Shown piece by piece: positions 29,640 through 45,500 of a DNA stretch of 64,000 nucleotides. The first letter of the stretch is position 1. Every line of letters starts with the position of its first letter. The translations under genes were made by a program, and so were the position numbers. Where the stretch lies: NCBI RefSeq assembly GCF_009914755.1, contig NC_060935.1, one strand, 5' to 3'. Source of the DNA: the human T2T-CHM13v2.0 reference genome, Homo sapiens. The notes under the pieces are model-generated. The model had not been told where the DNA came from. It saw only the letters and a list, made by a program, of their open reading frames with translations, and did no database searches.

Positions 29640-30840
29640 ATCATAATTTATTATAAAAATATAAGTTATGCAAGGAGACCAGAGAAAAGACTAAAATTCA
29701 AAAGAAGAATCAGATATAAACAGACTTACTGATAAACCTGACATTGCAGTTATAATGAAACAACTTTAAACCGTGTGTGATTAATATCTTCGAGGAATAG
29801 AAAAAAAACCATAATCTGAAAATCCCATGTCAACAAATGACTCTAAGCAGAAAAGACATAGCAGGAAGAAAAAGAATTAGTGTATTGAAAGACACTGAAA
29901 GGTAGATTAATAGAAATTCTTTATGTTGAAGCATATAGTAAAACAAGAGTACATATTAGAGAAATGACAGTAATTGATATATAAAACAGTGTGGAAAGCC
30001 CTAACTTATTTTTAACTGGAGTTCTATAAGGTAGAAGAGAATGGAGCAAAAGCAACATTTCAAAAACTATTGACCAAGAGTTTTCCAAAATCAAATACTG
30101 ACACCAGGCCACAGTTGCAATAAATTTTGTATACTCAAAGCAGGATGAATATAAAAAAATCCATATTTAGGAACATCATGTTTTAAGAAAAGAAAACCAA
30201 AAACAAAGAGAATATTTTAATAGCAGCTACAAAAAATGACACATTACCCTAGAAGGAGTAACAGCATCACTGACAGCTGACTATTCTCAGAAACCATGGA
30301 AACTAGAAAACAGTGGACATCATTAGCAAATGCTAAGAAAACAAAGTTCTAAGAATTCTATATCCAGCAAAAATATTATTCTAAAGAAGACCAAATAAAA
30401 ATGATTTCAGACAAGCAAAAACTGAAAAACACCTGCACTTAAAGAAATACTAAAGAGTGTTGTTCAGGTATAAAGATAATTATTCTAGACAAAAGCACAA
30501 GAAACAGGAAAAAAAACAGTATACCTGAAAAGATAAATATGTAGATAAATATATTAGATATTGGCTGCAGGAAATAATAATTATAAGGTCAATATTAAGT
30601 ATATAGAAAAGTAAACGCATGAAAATATACACAATGGGAAGGTAGTAAAGTTGAGGAATTATTAAAACAACAATTTAAGTTAGACTGAAATATGTCAAGA
30701 CTCATCTGTTTAGTTTTCTATTGCAATCACTTAGTAAAATAGTGTACACAGAATAAGCTGATCATATAATAAAAAAGAATAATTCAGAAGAAGAAAAGAT
30801 ATGGAGTAAATGACAAAACAAATAGTAAAATGGTAGATAC
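29640..30840 (+). mobile_element. Old L1ME ORF1/inter-ORF remnant
   Basis: acagctgactattctcagaaaccatggaaactagaaaacagtgga; agaattctatatccagcaaaaatatt. Confidence 0.7.
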
Positions 30841-31152
30841 ATATGGTTTGTCACCACCAGAACTCATGTTGCAATTTGATCCCCATCATGGCACTGTTGG
30901 GAGGTGGGGTTAGTGGGAGGTGTTTGAGTCACTGGGGCAGATGCCTCATGAATGGCTTGGTGACCTTTTCATTGTAGTGAGTAAGTTCTGGTTCCAGTGA
31001 AATTGGGTCAGTTTCTGTGACAATGGATTAGTTTCTGTGAGAGTGAGTTGATATAAAGCCAGGATACCCCTTGGGTTTTTTATTTTTGCATGTGTCCACT
31101 TGCCCTTTGGCCTTCTCTGCCATGTTATGAGGTAGCATAAAAGCCCTGACAG
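30841..31152 (+). mobile_element. MST-type MaLR LTR, 3' part missing
   Basis: tatggtttgtc...aactcatgttg...gtgggaggtgtttgagtca...ttctctgccatgttatga. Confidence 0.75.
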
Positions 31153-32710
31153 TATTGCTGACATTATGATCGTATACTTGGAAAACCCTAAGACACATCC
31201 AAAAGCTTCTAGAACTGGTAAATGAATTCAGCAAAGTTTCAGGATACAAAATGAATGTACACAAATTAGTAGCTCTGCTATACACCGACAGGGACCAAGC
31301 TGAGAATCATACCAAGAATTCAACCTTTTTGTAGTTTTCCTTGTGGAGGTCTTTCATGATAGCTGCAAAATAAATAAAATACCCAGGAATATAACCATCC
31401 AAGGAGGTGAAAGACCTCTGTAAGGAAAACTATAAAACACTGCTGAAAGAAATCACTGATGACACAAACAAATGGGAACATATCCCATGCTCATGGATGG
31501 GTAGAATCAATATTGTGAAAATGACTATACTGCCAAAAGCAATCTACAAATTCAATGCAATCCCATCAAAATATCATCATCATTCTTCATGTAACTGGAA
31601 AAAACAATCCTAAAATTCATATAGATCCAAAAAACAGCCCACATAGCCAAAGCAAGATTTTGCAAAATGAACAAATTTGAAGACATCATTACCCAACTTT
31701 AAAGTATATTATAAGGCCATAGTCACAAAAACAGCATGGTACTGGTATAATAGTTCTTATCATATGTCTATTAAAAATAAAACTGATATTTAACAATCCA
31801 GTATATTGTTATTGAGCTGTACAATAACACATTAGTGAAGTTTTCAAGCTGCACATTTCTTTCTTTTATCATTTTTCAATACTTCTTGTGATTATTGGAG
31901 ATCAGTAGATTCTTATCCTCATTTAAGAATTAAAATACTATGGAACCATAAAGGAGCCCATATAGCCAAGACACTCCTAAGCAAAAAGAACAAAGCTGGA
32001 GGCATAACACTAGGCAAAAAATCAAAACCACAATGCAATACCACCACACTCCTGCAAGAATGGCCATAACCAAAAAGTCAAAAATTAACAGATGTTGGTG
32101 GGAATGTAAACTAGTACAATCACTGTAGAAAACAGTGTGGAGACTCCTTAAATAGCTAAAAGTAGAACTACCATCTGATCCAGCAATCCCACTACTAAGT
32201 ATCTACCCAGAGGAAAAGAATTCATTTACCAAAAAGATACTTGCACATGCATGTTTTTAGCAGCAACAATTTATAGTTGCAAAAATATGGAACCAGCCTA
32301 CTGGCCCATCAATTGATGAGTGGATAAAGAAAACATGGTGTATATAATATATATCATTGACTACTACTCAGCCTAAAATGGAAACAAGTAATTGCCTTTA
32401 CAACAACCTGGATAGAATGAAAAACTATTATTCTAAGTGAGGTAGCTCAGGAATGGAAAGCCAAATATTGTATGTTCTCACTCTAAGCTATGACACACAA
32501 AGCATAAAAATGATACATTGGACCTGGTAACTCGGGGGAAATGGTAGGGGGTGGGGAGGGATAAAAGACTACACACTGAGTACAGTGAATACTGCTTGGG
32601 TTATGGGTGCACCAAAATCGCAGAAATCAGCACTAAAGAACTTATTCATGTAACCAAACACCATCGGTTTCCCAAAAACCTATTGAAATAAAAAAAATTA
32701 AAAAAATTAA
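31153..32710 (+). mobile_element. 5'-truncated L1PB1-like element with an internal deletion and templated insertions
   Basis: ORF2 fragment [15 protein letters not shown]...; 3' UTR gggataaaagactacac...gggtgcaccaaaatc...cccaaaaacctattgaaataaaa. Confidence 0.88.
31747..32012 (-). repeat. Inverted duplicate of 28659-28925
   Basis: Manual base-by-base comparison: identical except for a 1-nt deletion (ctgcaacattt vs ctgcacattt). Confidence 0.97.
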
Positions 32711-33230
32711 ATGGCATCACAATTAAATTCTTTTGTACATCCATTACTACTAGAGTAAATATATAGTCAAGACAGGAAGAAAACAATTATCAATACATAA
32801 ATCTGACAAGTAATTCACATATGGGAGAGAAATAAATCTTAGAAATCAAGGAGAATAAAACAGAAAACTACCACAAAAGAATATCAAAATGAGAAAAAAA
32901 ACTTACACATGCAATAATATGAATGAATCTAATAAACATACATTGAGCAACATAAGAAAGGTTGAAAAACTCACTGTAAGATATTAATAGAAAGTTCAAA
33001 AATAGACAAAACTAATCTATGGTTTAAGAAATTAGGGGAGTCATTATCTTTGTTGTGCTAATTTTGTAAGTAAAACAAGCCACAATGAAGATTCTCAGGT
33101 TTCAATACTCTATTTTTTAGCCCACCACTGATGATATAAATATATTCAAAATATACAAATTTTGCAACCTGTTCACTTATGCTTTGTAATTTTTTGTATG
33201 TCCTGTGTGTATGATATACCTAATAAATAG

Positions 33231-33594
<364 letters not shown>

Positions 33595-36500
33595 TAGAAT
33601 TTATCAGTCTTACTAAGCCCAACTCAGTTAAGTACTTTTAAATTTTGTTCAAAAGTATTTTCCTTATGTGTAAATATCACAGAGAGGAAAATTTTACTTT
33701 GGCATGCACACACACACACACATACACACACATACACATCTGTAACTGTAGGTTTCACTTATTTGGCTATTTCTCCAGATATTTCAAGACCTACCAAGTG
33801 GGAATGGGTTGAGGTTATTATAAAAATTACAAATGTAATAATCATTCTGAAGCTCTATTCCACCTTTTATTTAAATAGTCTCAATCCTGTGTAATATTTT
33901 CTTCCCTAATCCCTTCAAGTTATGTCCTGCAGTCCTCAGGTGTTCTTGTCATCTTACAAAAGCTCTGTCAGCTCACTTCCTATCTATTATTTTCTTCCTT
34001 GTTTCCTCCTTTAGCAAGACCCACTGCAGAAGCCTGTGCTGCTCATAAAATTTCCTAAGCTCACCCACAGCGATCACTGCTTCAGCTGGCACTCATTCTT
34101 AAGTGCTGTAACGCCTCCCCACTGTGTGAAAGCCAGCATGCTGTGACAAAACTACCATGCCTGACTCCCTTCTGATGTATGAGTATCCATGAGGTATTGA
34201 TGCTCATGTCATTTTTGCTGATGCCTAGCTCTAAACTTTGCATCATGTTTCTGAAATTTACCATGTGGGTTACAGACCCTAATAAAAATAAGCACAGACA
34301 GGAAAACCACAATACTTAAAAAGCAAACAAACATCTCTAACACATATAATAAACTTCTGAATTAAAAGAATAGAATAAAAAGATTTTTAAAGTACAGATT
34401 ACCGACATTAATGGAGCACAATTGTTTATATGGATTCAGTATGCAAATATTTATAGAAATTATTTAGTGTTCATTTGCTCTGGTGCTTTTCAATTTTTCC
34501 ATTTTGACTTTTTCATTTTCCACTACACTCAAAAGTTGTAACAAAAAAGATGAATAAATAGCAATGGGAACAAATATTGAACTGTAATATTGAAGTTCAA
34601 AATTAAAAAGAATAAATATTCTAAATGTTTTTATTCTGAAACAACTAAAAAAGTGCCAATTTTGAGGACTGATATGAGCACAAAAGCAAATAATTAACCT
34701 GTAACAATTATTTTTAGTTATGTTTGAAAAAAGAATATGAAAATAATTATAATAATGTGAGACTTAAAGAATAAGAGTAAACTACAAAGACAATAGTCAT
34801 TCTAATTGTGAATAAACATTTTTATAAGAAATATTTGAGGAAAAGTAAAATTGTTAAGTATATGAAAACGTGACTAGAGAAGGTTTACAGGAATTAAGTA
34901 TGCCAAAAAATAATTTAACAAAACTGGCTATTCAAAAATACTTTTCCAGAATACCTCACTTGTCAAATTTATCAATTACTGAGTGTCAAGACATTTTATG
35001 ACCAAGTGGTACAAATTTATAAGTTAACAGGTTTTTCTAAGAGGCTGAAATAGCCAAAGATCAGTATAACCAAAGCTCTTCAGAACAGCCAAACAGTACT
35101 AGGGTTGAAGCAAGAGAAGTATATCGAGAATGAATAGCTTTTCACATTTTACAAAATTGTATTAAAGAAATCACAGAAAATAAAACTTTCTGAGGTTATT
35201 TCAGTGACATTATAAACTCTCATTATTTATCTTTCTAATAAAGGAAACCATTTAAATAAATTGACGATTCAATATAATTTCATAGGAGACGATGTCAGGG
35301 ACCACCAGGAAGGCTTGTGCCAGTTGTGGCCTGTATGTGACACATGAAGTAAGTGATCAGAGACTAAGAATTAAGTTTTCACACCTTTCACATAGTTGTG
35401 TGCCATTAGGGGTAGCTGTGCTTCCACAGGTAGGTGGACATTCTTAGAATTAGCTCAAGGTATAGGATAGGGGTGTCTATGGAGAATATCATGAGAGAGA
35501 GAGAGAGAGAGTGTGTGTAGTTTTCAGATAATTAGAATGAATTCAAGTTACAAAATCTATTTCAAGTATCTATCATACAATTGCAAATTAGTAAAAAAAC
35601 TCTTAATATCTAATAAGCTACAAACAAATTGCCTTAATGATTTTCACTTCTGAGAGACAGAAGGAAATGTTTCCTCACATGATAATTTACAGAGTTGTAT
35701 GTTTCACTTAATCTCCCACTATCCACCAAGCCAGCTATGATACCTACAAAGGTTACGAATGGCATGAGCTTAGTTACAATATTCCCTACTATCTAACAAA
35801 TTGCTTACTTAACCTCTCACTCCTGTTTTCTAGATGAACAAATATGAATTTTATTCAATTATTTGCTTTATATTAAATGTAAACTACGCTGTGTCATATT
35901 CTATAGGGATAGAAAAAAATCATTCAGGATGCCTGCATTCCCACTTTTAGGTCTTGAAAACATCTTCAGAGGCTTCCACAACTTAAGGCTTCAGATGAAG
36001 TTCTCTTCCATTTACACTAGGTATACCAATACATTCTTTGTCTGTGCCAACATGGTTTCTGAGAGACAGTGAGATCTGTAGCTTTCCAGGAAGTAAACCA
36101 TTGTCAAGTTACGGGTTCCTCCTGCATATAATTATTCTTCTCTGAGGTACTGCCGTATCATTTAGGAACTCCTAAGTAGTGGGACACATCCAATTTTGGG
36201 ACTAAAGATACCCCATATATTTGCCAGATTGGGAATTCACTTCTTCCCCAAGTACAGTCATGGTGTCTTTGTTGCCCTAAGTATTCATAGATCTCCTTGC
36301 TTTTCTGAGAAAATTCTGCTTAATCTCCTAATAAGGAGTCAGGAACCTAAATGTTAAGAAGGGAACTTATTTATTCTTCATGAAGGAAAATTGTATAAGA
36401 TGTATCCTAAAATAAAGGAAATTACATAGTTGGCTATCTTCTTCAAACGAGAAGGAGCAAAATAAAACAAGCAAACAAAACCACAAAATAGTAATTTAAT

Positions 36501-36769
36501 AAATTATTTCATATTTTTCTTCTACAATAAGCTTCATTTTACTGCAAAAGTAATTCACTTCCTTTTCTGAGATTTTTAAAATTATTTTAAAGAGCAGAGC
36601 TTGAGGTAGACTTCACAGAGCAGTACCCCTTTAACATAGTTGCTATACACTTCACTGTTGCTCTCATTTGTTTTCTTTGTTTCCTTGAGTACAAGCTTCC
36701 AAGAGTAAGCAGTGTTCTTATCCCCTAGCCCAGTGCCTCTAATCAATCCCTTAGAGTCAATATACGATG

Positions 36770-37105
36770 CTAAAATAATGGTTAATGGAATTCGTATTAA
36801 CAGGATACATAAGAGAAGGGACCTGGGAACCTCAGGTGGGAAAAAAATGGCAAGCAAAAATATGGGTTAAAAACAATATGCTTTCTTTCTCTTGATTTTT
36901 CTAATTAATTTTTGGTGGTTGAAGAAAGATTATAGCACTGTGTTATGTGGTGGTAAATGTATTTAGAGAAAATATTTGATAAGAATATTATAAATGGAGT
37001 AAGGTAAGGGGATTTAGAAAGATATAATTCTAAACTTCACTCAAACTGGTGGACTCCAATAGACTTTTAAAAAATTATAATGTAATACTAAGAACAACCA
37101 CTAAT

Positions 37106-37136
<31 letters not shown>

Positions 37137-38008
37137 TGTGTGTAGAGAGAAAGAGAAACAGAGATACACTAAAAATTATAATTAAATTAAACTGGTATTC
37201 TAAAAAATGTCTATATATGAACGCAGAAAAAGAATATCAGAAAAATGAAACCAGAATCAACAAGCAGAAAAACAAAATGGCAGACTTAAGCCTTAATATA
37301 TTACTAATTACATTCAATATTAATATACCTGCAACAATTAATACACAGAAATTCATAGAATATTATTTTTAGAAAAAGACCTAACTTCAATTACAAAATA
37401 TGAACAGTTTTTTTAATAAAGTAAAAAGTACAAAAAAAGTCAGGAAAATAATAATCAAACAAAAGTAGGAGTGACGACTCTAGTAAACAGGAAAAGTGGA
37501 CTTAAGAGTAAAAAAATATATACTAAACAGAGGGGCATTATAAAATGACAGTAGGGTCAATTCTCCAATAAGACATTGCATTCCTAAACACGTATAAAAC
37601 AAACAACACCACTGCAAAATACATTAAGAGAAAGCTGATAGAACTGAAAGAAATAGTGAAATTCACAGCTATAGTTGTACAAAACATTCTCTAGACAATT
37701 GATAGAACAAATAGAACACTGGCAGTGATTCAGAATAACTCTGCACCATCATTAACCAACAGAATAAAATACTAATTTATAGAACACTCTATCCAACAAA
37801 TAGCAGAACATATGTTCTTTTCAGGAGCTCAAGTAGCAAAAACAAGGATGGATCATATACTGAGCCATGAAACAAACCTCAAGGAATTTAAAAGAACTGA
37901 AATCATATAGATTGTGTTATCCAAATACAGTGGGATGAGATTAGAAATTAACAGAGGGGAGGTAACAGGAAAATATCCAAACATTTGGAAATAAATAACA
38001 GAATATTC
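36770..38008 (+). mobile_element. L1MC/MD remnant (inter-ORF region and ORF2 endonuclease region) with a (TG)n/(GA)n at 37105-37150
   Basis: aaaatggcagacttaagcc; atttatagaacactctatccaacaa...agcagaacatatgttctttt. Confidence 0.75.
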
Positions 38009-38009
38009 T

Positions 38010-38899
38010 TTTTTTTCTTTATTTCTTCTTCTAAAAAAAAATCCATGAGATACGTGCGTGGAACGTGCAGCTTGTTACGTACGTATTCGTGTGCCATGGT
38101 GCTCTGCTGCACCTATTAAGCCATCCTGTAAGTTATCTCCCCCCACGCCCCACCCATCAACAGGCCCTGGTTTATGTTGTTCCCCTCTCTGTGTCCATGT
38201 ATTCTCAATGTTCAACTCCCACTTATGAGTGAGAACATGCGTTGTTTGCTTTTCTGTTTCTGTGTTAGTTTGCTGAGGATGATGGCTTCCAGCTTCATCC
38301 ATGTCCCCGCAAAGGACATGATTTAATTAGTTTTTATGGCTGCATAGTATTCCATAATGTATATGTGCCACATTTTCTTTTCCCATTCTACCATTGATGG
38401 ACATTTGGGTTGGTTCCACATCTTTGCTATTGTAAATAGTGCTGCAGTAAACACACATGTGCATGTATCTTTATAGAATGATCTATATTTCTCTGAGTAT
38501 ATACCCAGTAATGGGATTGCTGAGTCAAATGGTACTTCTGGTTCTAGATCCCTGAGGAATTGCCATACCGGTTTCCACAATGGTTGAACTCATTTACCAT
38601 CCCACCAACAGTGTAAAAGTGTTCCTGTTTCTCCACAGCCTCGCCAGCATCTATTGTTTCTTGACTTTTTAATAATCGCCATTCTGACTGGCATGAGATG
38701 GTATCTCACTGTGGTTTTGATTTGCATTTTTTCTAATAATCAATGATGTTGAGCTTTTTTTTCATATGTTCAATGGCCCTGTAAATGTTTTCTTTTGAGA
38801 AGTGTCTGTTCATATCCTTTGCCCACTTTTTGATGGGATTGTTTGTTTTTTTTCTTGTAAATTTAAGTTCCTCGTAAATTCTGGATATTAGACCTTCGT

Positions 38900-38902
<3 letters not shown>
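38010..38902 (-). mobile_element. 5'-truncated L1PA8A-11-like element
   Basis: L1 3' UTR and ORF2 end in antisense; no TSD visible. Confidence 0.88.
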
Positions 38903-42546
<3,644 letters not shown>

Positions 42547-42549
42547 TGA

Positions 42550-45500
42550 AAATTTACAAAATTATTCTAGCAATTTTGAATTATACTATGTAATATACAA
42601 TGTTGTTAACTATAGTCATCTTGATGTGCTATCAAGCACTGAAATTTTTGTTCCTAACTAACTGAATGTTTGTACCCATTAACAAACCTCACTTTATCTC
42701 CTTTCTCCAATCCTTTGAAATCTCTGTTAACTATCACTCTACTCTGCTTCCAAGAGACCAGATTTTTTTACCTGTTACATATGAGTGGGAACATGCAATA
42801 TATGTTTTTTCTGCCTGCCTTATTTCACTTAACATAATAAACTTCAGTTCCATCAATGTTGCTACAAATGACAGAATTTCATTTTTTGTTACGGCTAAAG
42901 AATATTCCATTGTGTATAAATATTCATCGTATTTTTTATCCATTTAGACATTGATGGACACTTAGGTTGATTCCACATTTGGTCCTAATGTGAATAGTGC
43001 TGCAATAAATAATGGGGTACAGGTATTTCTTTGATATACTGATTTCTTCTTCTGCAGATAAATATTTGGTAATAGGAATGCTGGATAGAGCTACTTTATA
43101 AAGTAGCTCTATTTTTAGTTTTCTGAGAAAAATCTATTTGTTTCCCATAATGGCTGTACTAATTTACATGCCCACCAACAGTCTATAAAGAGTTCCCTTT
43201 TCTACACATCCTCACCAGCAATTGTTTTATTTTTAGTTTTTGTCTTTTTGATAATAGCCATTCTAACCGTGGTAAAATAATATATCATTGTGGATTTGAC
43301 TTGTATTTCCCTAATACTTAGTGATGTTGAGCATTTTTTTATATATCTGTTGACAATTTTTATGTCTTATTTTAAGAAATATCTATCTGGATACTTTGCC
43401 CACTATTCAATGGGATTATTTGTTTGATTTTTCTTTTTTCTTGTTGAGTAGTTTGATTTCCTTGTATATTCTGGATAGTAGTCTTGTTGGAAGACAGTGT
43501 GCAAATATTTTCCCTTATTCCAGTTTGTCTCTTCACTCTTTTTTTTTTTTTTTTTTTGCTGTGTACAAACTTTTTAGTATATTTTAGTTCCATTTGTCTA
43601 TTTTTGTTTCTGTTTCCTGTATTTTTGAGGTCTTAGCCATAAAATATCTGCCTGGACCAACGTCCTGGAACATTTCTTCTATGTTTTCTTCTACCAATTA
43701 CAAAGATTCAGGCCTTACATTTAGGTCTTAAATCCATTTTGATTTGATATTTATTAATGGTGAGAGATAGGGGTTTAGTTTTATTATTTCTTATATGAAT
43801 ATCTAGTTTCTCCATAACCATTTTATTGAAGAAAGTGTTCTTTCCTCAATTTGTGCTGTTGGTGCCTTTGTTTAAAATGAGTTGGTTGTTAATATGTGAA
43901 TTTATTTCTGGTTTCTCTACTTTGTTTTATAGGTCTATGTTTCTGGTTTTATATCAGTATTATATTGTTTTGGTTACTATCATTTTCCACTGCATTTTGA
44001 AGCTAGATATTCTGATGTTTCAGTTTTGTTCTTTTGGGTCCAAATTGACTTTTCTGTTCAGGTTCTTTTGTGGTTTTATACAAATTTTAGAGATTTTTCT
44101 ATATCTGTGAAGAATGTCATTGGTATCCTGATGGAGATTGCATTAATTCTGTAATTCCTTTGAGTTACATGGTCATTTAAATTATATTAATTCATCCAAT
44201 ACATGAGCATGGAATTTCTTTCCATTTGTTTTTGTCCTCTTTAATTTTTTCATCACTCTTTAAAATAGAGGTCTTATACCTCCTTAGTTACATTTTTTAC
44301 TAGGTATTCTTGTAGCTACTGTAAATGAGATTGCTTTCTTAATTTTTTTGTCATCTAGGTCGTTATTGGTGTATAGAAACACTAGTGATTTTGTATATTG
44401 ATTTTGTATCCTGCAACTTTACTGTATTCATTTATCAGCTCTAGGAGTTTTTGGTGGTCTTTAGGTTTTTCTATATCTTAAAGCATGCCACCTGCAAAGA
44501 GAGATTATTTGATTTCCTCTTTCCAAAGTAGGAGGCCTTTTAGATCTTTCTCTTGCATGTGTGCTCTGGCTAGAACTTTTAGTACTGCGGTAAATAAGAG
44601 AGGTGAAAGTTGACATTTGTGTCTTGTTCCAGTTCTTAGAGGGAAGGTGATTGTTTTTTCCCATTCACTATAATTTAGCTGTGGGTTTGTCATATAGGAC
44701 CTTTATTATGTTGAGATATGCCCCTTCTATACTTAATTTATTGAGAGTTTTTATCATGAAGGGATGTTTAATATTGTTACATGACTTTTCTGCATCTATT
44801 GAGAGGATCATAAGACTTATGTCCTTCATTCTGGTGATGTAATGCATCACATTTATTGATTTATTGATTTGGGTATGCTGAACCAGCCTTACATCCTTGA
44901 GATAAATCCCACTTGATTAGAAATACTATCTTTTGATGTGTTGTTAGATTTGGTTTGCAAGTATTTTGTTAAGGATTTCTATGTCTATTTTCATCAGGAA
45001 TATCAGCCTGTAATTTTCTTTCTTTCTTTTTTTTTTTTTTTGTAGTGAGTTTCTCTGGTTTTGGTATCAGGGTAATGACGGCCTCACATAATTAGTTGAA
45101 AGAATCCCCACCCCCCTTCAACTGTTGAAATAATTCACACAGAATTGGTGTTAATTCTTCATTATCTGTTTGATAAAATTTGGAAGCAAAGACATTTGAA
45201 CCCGGGATTTTCGTTGTTGGGAGATTTTTATCACATTTACAATTTTAATATTAGTCTGTTTATTTGGGGTCTGCTCTCTGTTTTTCTTGGTAAACTAGCT
45301 AGCAGTATATCAATTTTTAAAAATCTTTTTTAAAAAGACAAGTTTTCATTTCCTTGATCCATTGGTTTTTTTATATCTATTTCAGCTAGTTCTGCTCCAA
45401 TCTTTATTGTTCTTTTCTTCTACTGTTTTTGAGTTTTATTTGTTCTTGATCTTCCAGTTCCTTGAGGTGCATAATTAGATTATTTGAAATTTTTCTACTT

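Noticed and set aside
28926-31746. An inversion flanked by staggered-break inverted duplications
   Set aside because: The L1PB1 has the same orientation and order on both sides of the 266-bp copy, so the inner segment is not inverted in this allele. Templated insertion fits better.
38048-38095. CpG excess in an L1PA 3' UTR
   Set aside because: It may reflect ancestral CpGs or chance and cannot be judged without the consensus alignment.
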